Part shown: positions 28,256-40,766 of the stretch, one piece after another
Layout: every line of letters begins with the position of its first letter
How positions within the stretch are numbered: the stretch's first letter is position 1
NCBI GenBank assembly: GCA_028291265.1
Contig: JAQGIK010000064.1
Coordinates: 6,082 to 70,081 of the forward strand
Length of the DNA stretch: 64,000 bases
Reading direction: 5' to 3'
Origin: Caulobacter sp.
GTDB taxonomy: Bacteria > Pseudomonadota > Alphaproteobacteria > Caulobacterales > Caulobacteraceae
Notes under the pieces: generated by a model
Database searches by the model: none
The model's input: only the letters and a program-made list of their open reading frames with translations
Told to the model about the DNA's origin: nothing
Position numbers and translations under genes: made by a program

Positions 28256-28791
28256 GGCGCCTGGCCTTCATCGTCCCGGTCATCGTCTTCCTCGGCATCG
28301 CCGCCGTGCTGGCCGTCGGCCTCGGTCGCGATCCGAAAATCCTGCCCTCGATGCTGATCGGCAAGCCGTTGCCGACCTTCAACCTGCCCGACGTCCGCGC
28401 CGGCACGGGCGGCCGGGGCCTCGCCTCAGCCGACTTCCACGGCAAACCCGGCCTGATCAACGTCTTCGCCAGCTGGTGTGTCTCCTGCCGCATCGAGCAC
28501 CCCTTCCTGATGCGTCTCAAGGCCGAGGGCGTCTCGATCCACGGCCTCAACTGGAAGGACAAGGGCGACGCCGGAGCCCGCTGGCTGACCCGGTTCGGCG
28601 ACCCCTACGACCGCGTCGGCTACGACCCGACGGGCCGCACCGGCATCAACCTCGGCGTCACCGGCGCCCCCGAGACCTTCGTCATCGATAGCAAGGGCGT
28701 GGTCCGCTACCGCTACGTCGGCCCGATCACGCCGGAGGTCTGGGCCACCACCCTGAAACCCCTGCTCGACAAGCTGGAGGCCGAAGCATGA
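28252..28791 (+). CDS. ccmG: Thiol:disulfide interchange protein CcmG/DsbE
   Basis: N-terminal anchor, NVFASWCVSC, LGVTGAPETFVID; ATG overlaps the ccmF stop. Confidence 0.93.
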   Translation: MRRLAFIVPVIVFLGIAAVLAVGLGRDPKILPSMLIGKPLPTFNLPDVRAGTGGRGLASADFHGKPGLINVFASWCVSCRIEHPFLMRLKAEGVSIHGLNWKDKGDAGARWLTRFGDPYDRVGYDPTGRTGINLGVTGAPETFVIDSKGVVRYRYVGPITPEVWATTLKPLLDKLEAEA

Positions 28792-29246
28792 AGCGTCTCC
28801 TCGCCCTCGTCCTCGCCTTGACCGTCGTCGCCGGCCCGGCCCTCGCGGTCCTGCCCGAAGAACAGCTCAAGGACCCGGTTCTCGAGGCCCGCGCCCGCCA
28901 TCTCAGCAAGGAACTGCGCTGCGTCGTCTGCCAGAACCAGACCATCGACGACAGCGACGCCCCCCTGGCCGCCGACCTGCGCGCTATCCTGCGCGAGCGG
29001 CTGGTGGCCGGCGACAGCGACAAGCAGGCCAAGGCCTATCTGGTCCAGCGCTACGGCGACTTCGTGCTGCTGAAACCGCCGATCAATCCCGCCACCCTGT
29101 TCCTCTGGTTCGGCCCGGCCCTGCTGCTGCTCGGCGGCGGCTTTGGCGTCTGGCGCTACTGGCGCGGCCGGTCGGTCGCCGCCCCGGCCCCGCTCGACCC
29201 CGAAGAACAGGCCCGGCTCAAAGCCCTGCTGAGCGAGACATCATGA
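28788..29246 (+). CDS. ccmH: Cytochrome c biogenesis protein CcmH/CycL
   Basis: LRCVVCQNQTIDDS motif and YGDFVLLKPP. Confidence 0.95.
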   Translation: MKRLLALVLALTVVAGPALAVLPEEQLKDPVLEARARHLSKELRCVVCQNQTIDDSDAPLAADLRAILRERLVAGDSDKQAKAYLVQRYGDFVLLKPPINPATLFLWFGPALLLLGGGFGVWRYWRGRSVAAPAPLDPEEQARLKALLSETS

Positions 29247-30421
29247 TCCTCTGGATGGTCCTCACCCTGCTGGTCGCCCTGGCCGTGGTCGGCCTAGTCA
29301 TCCCCCTGACCCGGCCGCGCAAGAGCGTCGACGCCGCCGCCACCCCGACCGGCATCCTCGCCGACCAGCTGACCGAGCTCGACGCCCAGGCCGCCGCCGG
29401 GACCGTCACCGCCGACGAGGCCGCCCGGCTCAGGCTGGAGATCGAGCGCCGCATGCTGGCCGAGGCCAAGGGCCCCGAAGCCCCCGCCCGTCCGTTGAGT
29501 GAAAAGGCCCTGCTGGGCCTGGCCCTCGGCCTGGCCGTCGTCGTCGCGCTCGGCGCCACCGGCCTCTACGCGGTGATGGGCAAACCCGACATTCTGTCCG
29601 CCAACGCCCAGGCCGCCGGCCCGCCGGGTTCGGCCAGCTTGGCCGCCAACCACCCCGGCGGCGACGTGCCCGCCATGATCGCCCAGCTCAAGGCCCAGGT
29701 GGAGCGCAACCCGTCCGACCCGGAAGGCTGGCGGATGCTCGGCTGGTCCTACTTCCAGAGCGGCCAGTTCGACGAGTCCGCCGCCGCCTACGACAAGGCT
29801 GCGACCAACGATCCGACCAACCCCGAGCACCGCTCGGCCCAGGGCGAGTCCCTCGTCCAGGCCGCCGGCGGCCAGATGACCCCGGCCTCCTCCGCCGCCT
29901 TCCGTCAGGCCCTCAAGCTCGACCCGAACGACCCCCGCGCCCGCTACTTCCTGGCCGTCGAGAAGGACCAGGCCGGCGACCAGGACGGGGCCATGGCCGA
30001 CTGGATCGCCCTGATCAATTCGGCCCCGGAGGGCGCCCCCTGGGTCGGCGAGGTCCGCAACTTCGTCGAGGACCTGGCCCGCGAACGCGGCCTCGACCTG
30101 ACCGGCAAGCTGAAACCCGTCAGCGGCGGCGGCGGCCCGCGCGGCCCCAGCGCGGACGACGTCGCGGTCGCCCAGAAGATGACCCCCGACGACCAGCAGC
30201 AGATGATCCGCGGCATGGTCGAGGGCCTCGAAGGCCGTCTGCAGGAACAGCCCCGCGACGCCGAAGGCTGGATCCGCCTGATGCGCGCCCGCATGGTGCT
30301 GGGCGAACCGGCGGCCGCCTCCCGGGCGCTGAAACAAGGCCGGGCGGCGTTCGCCGACTCCCCGTCCGACCAGGCGCGGATCAGCGAGGCGGCGAAGGGG
30401 CTGAAGGTGCCGGGGGCCTAA
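29243..30421 (+). CDS. ccmI: Cytochrome c biogenesis protein CcmI/CycH (TPR)
   Basis: Two N-terminal TMs, leucine-zipper-like loop, TPR-like periplasmic region; follows ccmH. Confidence 0.9.
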   Translation: MILWMVLTLLVALAVVGLVIPLTRPRKSVDAAATPTGILADQLTELDAQAAAGTVTADEAARLRLEIERRMLAEAKGPEAPARPLSEKALLGLALGLAVVVALGATGLYAVMGKPDILSANAQAAGPPGSASLAANHPGGDVPAMIAQLKAQVERNPSDPEGWRMLGWSYFQSGQFDESAAAYDKAATNDPTNPEHRSAQGESLVQAAGGQMTPASSAAFRQALKLDPNDPRARYFLAVEKDQAGDQDGAMADWIALINSAPEGAPWVGEVRNFVEDLARERGLDLTGKLKPVSGGGGPRGPSADDVAVAQKMTPDDQQQMIRGMVEGLEGRLQEQPRDAEGWIRLMRARMVLGEPAAASRALKQGRAAFADSPSDQARISEAAKGLKVPGA

Positions 30422-31127
30422 GGTCGAGCAACGGCCCGGTGCAGTCGACAATGCGAGCGGTGCGCCAGCCGAACAGCCCCGGATTGATGTCCAGGCAGGC
30501 CGTGCCGCCGACGATGGTCCCCTCATAGACCGCCGAGCTGACATCCAGGTGGTTGATTTCCTCGCCGTCCGGCAGTCTCAGACTGAGGTCCGGCCCGCTG
30601 CGGTTCAAGTCCTCGCGCCAGATAATCTTGGCGGCCTCCACCTTGCCGGGTGCGGGGTCGAGCAGGACGTTGGCCTGCATGACGACGCCCCAGCTGAAGA
30701 ACAGGGCGATCATGCCGTTGCAGACCGTCGCCCAGCTGAGCAGGCGGCCCTCGGCGCGGACGCAGATGAAGGTCATCGGAATGGCCAGGCCGACGCAGGC
30801 CAGCAGCGGCCAACCCCAATCCACCAACTCGACATCGAATATAGCCCGCAGGGCGGTCGCCATCCCCGGAAGGGTCCAGAGCCCTGTCAGGCTGAGCCGG
30901 CCTCCGAGGCGCCGGCCAAAGGAGAGTTCCTCGCCGTCCTCGACCGCGATCCAGTCGGGCCAACATGCCGCCGTGCACAGAAACGCCAACGGGGCCAGCC
31001 CGACGAGAATGACCAACGGCAGATAAGGCACGGGCCAGAGGAGCAGCCAGAAACCCAGCACCCAGGCTGCGCCATTGAGCCAACGGACCCAGGCCGGTGG
31101 ACCGTGGAAGTGGTCGTAGAGTGTCAA
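30381..31127 (-). CDS. Hypothetical multi-pass membrane protein (~248 aa)
   Basis: TTG start after GGGGG; five or six Trp-rich hydrophobic segments; fills the gap between ccmI and the Rieske gene and overlaps the ccmI 3' end by 41 nt. Confidence 0.6.
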   Translation of the reverse strand: MTLYDHFHGPPAWVRWLNGAAWVLGFWLLLWPVPYLPLVILVGLAPLAFLCTAACWPDWIAVEDGEELSFGRRLGGRLSLTGLWTLPGMATALRAIFDVELVDWGWPLLACVGLAIPMTFICVRAEGRLLSWATVCNGMIALFFSWGVVMQANVLLDPAPGKVEAAKIIWREDLNRSGPDLSLRLPDGEEINHLDVSSAVYEGTIVGGTACLDINPGLFGWRTARIVDCTGPLLDLRPPAPSAPSPPR

Positions 31128-31211
31128 ACACGCCCCCTGCCGGAGCCAACCGTCGGCCACCGAACTTCGGCAGCTTCTCCGATCATGGCCTCTCAGGCTA
31201 GACTGCGCCCC

Positions 31212-32378
31212 ATGAGCGCCGCCCAGCCCCTGCATCCGCACACCGACCCGGACCTCGCCAACCTCGGCCTGCCGGGCTGGATCTATCACGACGCCGACTT
31301 CTTCGAGGCCGAGAAGGCGGCGGTGTTCCGCACCAGCTGGCAGGTCGTCTGCCATCTGTCCGACATCCCCGAGCAGGGCGACTTCCACACCCTCGACTTC
31401 CTCGGCGAGAGCCTGGTGGTGGTGCGCGGCGACGACGATCATGTTCGCGCCTTCCACAACGTCTGCCGCCACCGCGCCTCGCGGGTCGTCGACGGGCCGT
31501 CGGGCAACTGCGGGGTGCGGATGACCTGCCCCTACCATGCCTGGAGCTACGACCTGCGTGGCCGCCTGGCCGGCGTGCCCCACGCCAAGGCCTTCGGCGA
31601 CTTCGACCGGGCGGCCCACAACCTCGTCCCCGTCGAGCACGAGATCTGCCTGGGCTTCGTCTTCGTGCGGCTGCAGGGCGGCCTGCCGACCGTGCGCGAG
31701 ATGCTCGGCGACTATTATTTCGAGCTTGAACACTACCGCATGGAGGAGCTCACACCCCTCGGCCGCGTCACCCTGCGCGAGCGGGATGTCAACTGGAAGA
31801 ACGTCTCCGACAACTATTCGGACAGCCTGCACATCACCGTCGCCCACCCGGGCCTGACCCGGCTGTTCGGGGTCGGCTACGGCCTGGAAGCCGGGCCCTG
31901 GTGCGACAAGATGTGGGGCAGCTTACGCGAGAGCCCGTCCGACAACTGGTCCGAGCGGCTGTACCAACGGCTCCTGCCGACGGTCGATCATCTGCCCACG
32001 GATCGAAAGCGCCTTTGGACCTATTTCAAGCTCTGGCCGAACGTCGCCTTCGACGTCTACCCCGACCAGATCGACTTCATGCAGTTCCTGCCGGTGTCGC
32101 CGACCAGGACGGTGCTGCGCGAGATCGCCTACGTCCTGCCCGACGACCGACGCGAGATGAAGGCGGCGCGCTACCTCAACTGGCGGATCAACCGCGTGGT
32201 CAACATCGAGGACAAGGCGCTGATTGAGCGGGTCCAGGCCGGCATGGCCTCCTCCAGCTACGCCATGGGCCCGCTCAGCGAGAACGAGGTGGCCCTGAAG
32301 AGCTTCGCCCGGCGAATGCGGACGCTGATTCCGGAATCGAAGCTGGTCGCTGCACCGGTGAAGGGCTGGAGCCGGTGA
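31212..32378 (+). CDS. Rieske non-heme iron oxygenase alpha subunit (choline/carnitine/glycine-betaine monooxygenase-like)
   Basis: CRHR...CPYHAW Rieske motif; NWKNVSDNYSDSLH...H iron site. Alternative ATG at 31185. Confidence 0.9.
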   Translation: MSAAQPLHPHTDPDLANLGLPGWIYHDADFFEAEKAAVFRTSWQVVCHLSDIPEQGDFHTLDFLGESLVVVRGDDDHVRAFHNVCRHRASRVVDGPSGNCGVRMTCPYHAWSYDLRGRLAGVPHAKAFGDFDRAAHNLVPVEHEICLGFVFVRLQGGLPTVREMLGDYYFELEHYRMEELTPLGRVTLRERDVNWKNVSDNYSDSLHITVAHPGLTRLFGVGYGLEAGPWCDKMWGSLRESPSDNWSERLYQRLLPTVDHLPTDRKRLWTYFKLWPNVAFDVYPDQIDFMQFLPVSPTRTVLREIAYVLPDDRREMKAARYLNWRINRVVNIEDKALIERVQAGMASSSYAMGPLSENEVALKSFARRMRTLIPESKLVAAPVKGWSR

Positions 32379-32589
32379 CTCAGTGGCTGTGGTTCGTCGG
32401 GCTGCTGATCGGCGCGCCCGTCGTGACCTGGCTGTGCATCCGTCTCGGCGTCACCTTGCGCCGGCCGGGCGGTAGCAGCCTCGGACCGGCTCTGGCGGAG
32501 CTGAACGCCGCCTTCGACCCGGCCAGCCGCAACGTCGAGGCCGTCCAGGCCCAGCGCCCCGTCGATAGTCCGGACGACGATCCGCCCCG

Positions 32590-32593
<4 letters not shown>
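32375..32593 (+). CDS. Small single-TM hypothetical protein
   Basis: GTGA overlap with the Rieske stop; N-terminal hydrophobic helix. Confidence 0.55.
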
Positions 32594-34047
<1,454 letters not shown>

Positions 34048-34056
34048 GGCGTAACG

Positions 34057-35703
<1,647 letters not shown>

Positions 35704-36078
35704 GGTCTTCTCCGGGGCGGGCGCGGAGGCGGGCGCCGGGTGGGACGCGGGCAGGGACACAGGGGAGAGGGCTGGCGGTTCCGGAAGCGGCGCGACGTCG
35801 AACAGGCTGGCCCGCTCCCGCCGGCGCATCGCGCGCCGACCGGCCGCGCGGGCGAACAGCAGGATGAGCAGCAGGGCGACGAAGCCGCCCAGCCACGATG
35901 CGCCCGGTCCCAGAGCCCAGGCCGCGATCGTCTCGACAGTCCCCATGACCCCCATCCCTTCTCCCGCACCATGACCCAGCCGCCGACGCTTGGCGAGCGG
36001 CGTTACGTGAACCTGAAAGCAGAACGGGGGCGAACCTCGCGGCCCGCCCCCGTCCTTTCGGTCAGTCTGTCGGCGGCC

Positions 36079-37221
36079 CTACGGCTGGCCGACGCCCAGG
36101 GCCAGCAGGGTTTCGCTGGTCACTCCGCCCGACAGCCGCCGGTCGGTCTGGAAACGGCCGAGGGCCGCCTGGGTGCGGGTGTTGAACACCCCGTCGCGCG
36201 GGCCGCTGTAGTAGCCGCGCAGCCCGAGCGCCGCCTGCATGTCACGCACCAGCTGCGGGGTGACCCGCACCTGCTGGGGACCCGTTTCCACGTAGGGACG
36301 CGGGCCCGAGGTCGGGGCGCCGTACATGCCGGCCGGCGTCGCCGGACCCGAGCAGTTGTCGATGCAGTCGCGGCCATAGCCACCGCCCTGAGGCTGCGGC
36401 GGGGGAGGCGGCGGCGTCGAATAGCTGGCCTTGTCGGCGCAGACGATCTCACGCCACTGGAAGCTGGTGTCGGTCACCATCCGCTGCTTGGTCACCGTCT
36501 TGTAGGTGGCCGGAATGGTGTAGGTCTCGACCCGCTCCTGGGTGATCACCACGCGCACGCGGACCGAGCGGTACTCGGCCGGGATGACGCGCTTTTCGAC
36601 CCGGGCCTGCTGGTCGATGACCTGGCGGGTGACCACCTGGGTCTCGGCCGGGACCTGGATCTGCACCGTGCGTTCGGGGGTGCGAAGCACCTGGCGGGTC
36701 ACCGTCGAGTATTCGGCCGCGACCTCGACCAGGCAGAGCACCTCGCCGGTGGCCAGCACCTTGTAGTGGTTGGGATCGGTCGGCTGCTGAGACTTCGGCA
36801 CGCCGCGGCGCCACTCGTAGTGGGCCTCGCGGACCAGCACCCGCTCGGTGATGGTCTCATAGGTGGCCGGCACGGTCTCGGTGCGGACGCTGGCCGCCTT
36901 CAGGATGATGGTCTCGGTCACCGTGCGATAGGTGGCCGGCAGGGTGATGTATTCGGTCCGCTCTTCCCGAACCAGGAGCTGCTGGACTTCCTCGCCGTAG
37001 ACGGCGGGGATGACGCGGGTCTCGACCCGTCCCGGCCGGTCGATGATCTGCTCGACATAGCTCTCGTAGGACGGCGGGATCAGCATCTTCTCATAGCATT
37101 TGCCCGGCACCGCGTTCGGCGGGAAGTCGCCGCTCGGTCCGCCGGCCATCGCGCTTCCCGCGGAGAGCGCCAGCAGCGTCGCGCCCAGCGCCACGCCGCC
37201 CAAAAGTTTCGACCTGCCCAT
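36079..37221 (-). CDS. Exported protein with eight 23-aa Val/Thr/Arg-rich repeats and C-terminal peptidoglycan-binding domain
   Basis: Signal peptide AMA-G; PAxYxxxxxx(V/I/L) repeats; MQAALGLRGYYSGPRDGVFNTRTQAALGRFQ (PG_binding_1 pattern). Confidence 0.85.
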   Translation of the reverse strand: MGRSKLLGGVALGATLLALSAGSAMAGGPSGDFPPNAVPGKCYEKMLIPPSYESYVEQIIDRPGRVETRVIPAVYGEEVQQLLVREERTEYITLPATYRTVTETIILKAASVRTETVPATYETITERVLVREAHYEWRRGVPKSQQPTDPNHYKVLATGEVLCLVEVAAEYSTVTRQVLRTPERTVQIQVPAETQVVTRQVIDQQARVEKRVIPAEYRSVRVRVVITQERVETYTIPATYKTVTKQRMVTDTSFQWREIVCADKASYSTPPPPPPQPQGGGYGRDCIDNCSGPATPAGMYGAPTSGPRPYVETGPQQVRVTPQLVRDMQAALGLRGYYSGPRDGVFNTRTQAALGRFQTDRRLSGGVTSETLLALGVGQP

Positions 37222-37433
37222 TATGGTTCAACCCCTTGTCCTAGCCCGCGTTAACCATAGTCCGGACAAGGTATCCGCCAAGAGGAAACAGCGTTATTCC
37301 CGCGCGGGGCGAGATGAATACACAATAAGTCGCGTGGAAGACGTGACCCGTCGCGGTGAATTCGCGTTTCAGGAGAATAGACACCCGAATTGGGCGAGTA
37401 ACGCTCCGCCCATGTTGGGCGAAGGCGGCCGGG

Positions 37434-38684
37434 CTACTCCAGCCAGGTCAGCTCGGCATCGACGATGACCGACAGCAGGGTGGTGGCCGTGGTCGTCCCG
37501 CGGCCGTCCAGCGGCGTGACGGTCAGCTCCAGGGTCCGGGTCTTGCGGGCCGCGCCGTTCCAGGCCCCGTCCAGGCTGATGCGCAGCCCCTGCCGCGACT
37601 CGCAGGCGCCCGAGGGCACCAGGAACAGGGAGTCGGCATCGACCTCGCGCCCGTCGGCCAGCACCCGGATCCGGACGACCGAGGCCGCGTCGGGATCGGG
37701 CTTGACCTCGATGAAGCCGGTCGTCACCGCCTCGGAGGCCCCGATCGCCTCGGCCGGAACGGTGACCAGCGCCGTCCGCGGGGTGAGGATGTCGCCGGCC
37801 AGGTTAACGGTCTTGCGCTGCATCATCCGCATCGGCGCGGCGGCGAAGACGATCGGCGGCGTCATGTCGAAGGGATAGTCGTAGCCGAAGCTCGCCGTCC
37901 GCATGGTCGAGGCCGCGTCGACGGTCGGCGCCAGGCGCCCGCGGGTGTCGAGAAAACCGCTGAACGCCTCGTCGCGCCAGGGCTTGGGATAAAGGCCGTC
38001 GCTGTTCTTCGAGTGCCAGAGCGTCCAGATGCGGTCGATGTTGCAGTGGTGCATCCAGAACAGCGGGTCGTTCGGCGAGCGGTCGAGCCGGCCCATGTCG
38101 CCGCCGACAAAGCCGTGGATCATGTTGTGGCCGCTCCACTCGGCCGACCCCGAATAGCCGCCCTGGGCCGGCGTGCCGACGTTGCGGGCCCGGCCGAAGA
38201 AGGTGGAGAAGTCGTCGGTGATGCGGCCCTGGAAACGCTGGCCGTTGCGCTGCATGAAGGCCTTCAGGGAGTCGGTGGCCTTGGCGTCGCGCTGCATGGC
38301 GAACACCGGGTCGCTCGACATGATCGCCGGAATGCGGTCGTCGTCCCAGTCCCAGTAGGGCAGGGCGAAGTTGGCCTTGCCGCTGAACCGCGCCACCTGC
38401 CGCTCGAACCAGACCAGCTGCAGCCGGTGCCAGGGCAAAAAGCGCCAGGAGGAGTGGTGCCGCTGGCGCATGTCGGCGTGCAGGGCGATCTGCTCGGTCC
38501 AGACCCCGGCCTGTTTCATCAGCGGGATGGCCCGCCGCAGGGCGGCGAGGTCGGGATCATTGGCTGTCAGGCTGGAGACCGGCCGCCGGAGGCGCAGGCT
38601 CTGGGCCATCGACAGGTCGACGCCGGCCAGTCCCGCGCCGACAAGGCCGGCAAGCGCCGCGCGCCGATGAATGGCCATATCCAT
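37434..38684 (-). CDS. Tat-exported tyrosinase / type-3 copper oxidase
   Basis: HRRAAL Tat-like signal; CuA H...HSSWRFLPWHR; CuB HNMIHGFVGGDM...DPLFWMHHCNID. Confidence 0.9.
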   Translation of the reverse strand: MDMAIHRRAALAGLVGAGLAGVDLSMAQSLRLRRPVSSLTANDPDLAALRRAIPLMKQAGVWTEQIALHADMRQRHHSSWRFLPWHRLQLVWFERQVARFSGKANFALPYWDWDDDRIPAIMSSDPVFAMQRDAKATDSLKAFMQRNGQRFQGRITDDFSTFFGRARNVGTPAQGGYSGSAEWSGHNMIHGFVGGDMGRLDRSPNDPLFWMHHCNIDRIWTLWHSKNSDGLYPKPWRDEAFSGFLDTRGRLAPTVDAASTMRTASFGYDYPFDMTPPIVFAAAPMRMMQRKTVNLAGDILTPRTALVTVPAEAIGASEAVTTGFIEVKPDPDAASVVRIRVLADGREVDADSLFLVPSGACESRQGLRISLDGAWNGAARKTRTLELTVTPLDGRGTTTATTLLSVIVDAELTWLE

Positions 38685-38933
38685 ACGCCCCTGACAGATC
38701 CCCGGCGGCGATTGGTTAACGGCTGGCCCCGCGAGTCAATCCGGCTCGCCCCCGGCGTGCAGCTCTACAGCTCGACGGTCTCGGCGTAGACGATACGGCT
38801 CGCCTGTCGGCTACGCCCGGTGTCGCCTACCTTACCGAAAAGACACTCGACGCTTCCCCGGCGCGGGCCAATAGTCCCCGCCTTCAACGGATCGCCCGCA
38901 GAGGCGGCCGCCCCGCTCCAGGAGGCTCTTCCC

Positions 38934-40766
38934 ATGCATACCAATCGCCGCCAGCTCCTGCTGGGCGCCGCCGCCGTCGGCGCGGTCGCCGGTCTGCCCC
39001 TCGCGTCCTGCGCCCCGGCCGCCGCCAAGGGCCCGGTCGCCGACGCCAGGCTGGCCTCGCTGCTCGACGCCTTCGTCAACGAAATCCTCGTCGATTCGCC
39101 GGAGACGGCCACCTCGCTCGGCCTCGACAAGGACGCCCTGGCCGGCCTCAAGAGCAAGCTGTCCGACGTCTCGGCCGCCGGCCGCCGCAAGACCATCGCC
39201 GACTACAAGAGCCGGGCTGCCCGCCTGAAGGAGATCAAGCGCGACGGCCTGAGCGATCACGACACCACCCTCTACGACACCGTCCTGGCCTCGCAGGAGC
39301 TGGGCGCCCAGGGTGGCGACTTCAGCTTCGGCGGCGACTACGCCAACCCCTATGTGCTCAGCCAGCAGAACGGCTCGGTCGGCGGCATCCCCGAGTTCCT
39401 CAACAGCCAGCACCTGATCAAGGCGAAGTCGGACGTCGACGCCTACATCGCCCGCACCGAGGCCCTGGCCGGCGTCATCGACCAGGAGACCGAGCGCTTC
39501 AAGGCCGACGTCGCCGCCGGCGTCGTGCCGCCCAACTTCCTGCTGCCCAACCTGCTCGGCCAGCTGAAGGGCTTCCGCGCCCAGAAGGCCGGTGAAACGG
39601 GCCTGGTCAAATCCGTCGTCGACCGCGCCGGCAAGGCCGGCATCGCCGGCGACTTCGCCGCCCCGGTCACCACCCTGGTCAGTGACAAGATCTTTCCGGC
39701 CATCGACCGCCAGATCGCCGCCGTCGAGGCGGCGATGAAGACGGCCACCGGCGACGCCGGCGTCTGGAAGCTGCCGCAGGGCGAGGCCTACTACGCCTGG
39801 GGCCTGGAAGAGGGCACCACCACCACCATGACCGCCGACGAGATCCACCAGATGGGTCTCGAACAGGGCAAGGCCATCGACGCCCAGATGGACGCCCTGC
39901 TCAAGGGCGAGGGCTACACCACCGGCACGGTCGGCGAGCGGGTCGGCGCCCTGACCCGGGACCCCAAACAGCTCTACGCCAACACCGAGGCCGGCAAGGC
40001 CGAGCTGATCGCCTACCTCAACGGCTGCATCGACAAGATCCGCCCGCACATGACCGAGCTGTCGAAGCTCGGCCTCAAGGCCGCCGTCGAGGTCAAGCCG
40101 GTGCCCAAGGACATCCAGGACGGCGCCGCGCTCGGCTACATGAACTTCGCCTCGCTCGATGGCGCCCGCCCGGCCATCTACTATGTGAACCTCAAGGATA
40201 CGGGCAACTGGCCGCGCTATTCGCTGAACAGCCTGACCATGCACGAGGCCATTCCCGGCCACGCCTGGCAGGGCGCCTACCTCTCCGAGAAGCATGACCT
40301 GGTCCACCCGATCAGCTCGCTGATGGGCTTCAACGCCTTCGTCGAGGGCTGGGCCCTCTACGCCGAGCAGATGGCCGACGAGGTCGGCATGTACAACGGC
40401 GACGCGCTGGGCCGCGTCGGCTACCTGCAGGCCCTGCGCTTCCGCGCCGCCCGGCTGGTGGTCGACACCGGCCTGCACGCCAAGAAGTGGACCCGCCAGC
40501 AGGCCATCGCCTGGATGACCGAGGCCACCGGCCGCTCGACCGGCGCCATCACCTCGGAAGTCGACCGCTACTGCGCCAGCCCCGGCCAGGCCTGCGGCTA
40601 CAAGGTCGGCCACACCGAGATCGTCCGCCTGCGCGAAAAGGCCAGGGCGGCGCTCGGCGCCAAGTTCGACATCCGCGACTTCAACGACACCGTCGTCGCC
40701 ACCGGCGGCGCCCCGCTGACGGTCCTGGGCACGGTCATTGACCGCTACATCGCCGGCGGGAAGTGA
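38934..40766 (+). CDS. DUF885 family Tat (lipo)protein
   Basis: NRRQLL signal with LASC lipobox; HEAIPGH, EGWALYAE, PGQACGYKVG. Confidence 0.9.
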   Translation: MHTNRRQLLLGAAAVGAVAGLPLASCAPAAAKGPVADARLASLLDAFVNEILVDSPETATSLGLDKDALAGLKSKLSDVSAAGRRKTIADYKSRAARLKEIKRDGLSDHDTTLYDTVLASQELGAQGGDFSFGGDYANPYVLSQQNGSVGGIPEFLNSQHLIKAKSDVDAYIARTEALAGVIDQETERFKADVAAGVVPPNFLLPNLLGQLKGFRAQKAGETGLVKSVVDRAGKAGIAGDFAAPVTTLVSDKIFPAIDRQIAAVEAAMKTATGDAGVWKLPQGEAYYAWGLEEGTTTTMTADEIHQMGLEQGKAIDAQMDALLKGEGYTTGTVGERVGALTRDPKQLYANTEAGKAELIAYLNGCIDKIRPHMTELSKLGLKAAVEVKPVPKDIQDGAALGYMNFASLDGARPAIYYVNLKDTGNWPRYSLNSLTMHEAIPGHAWQGAYLSEKHDLVHPISSLMGFNAFVEGWALYAEQMADEVGMYNGDALGRVGYLQALRFRAARLVVDTGLHAKKWTRQQAIAWMTEATGRSTGAITSEVDRYCASPGQACGYKVGHTEIVRLREKARAALGAKFDIRDFNDTVVATGGAPLTVLGTVIDRYIAGGK

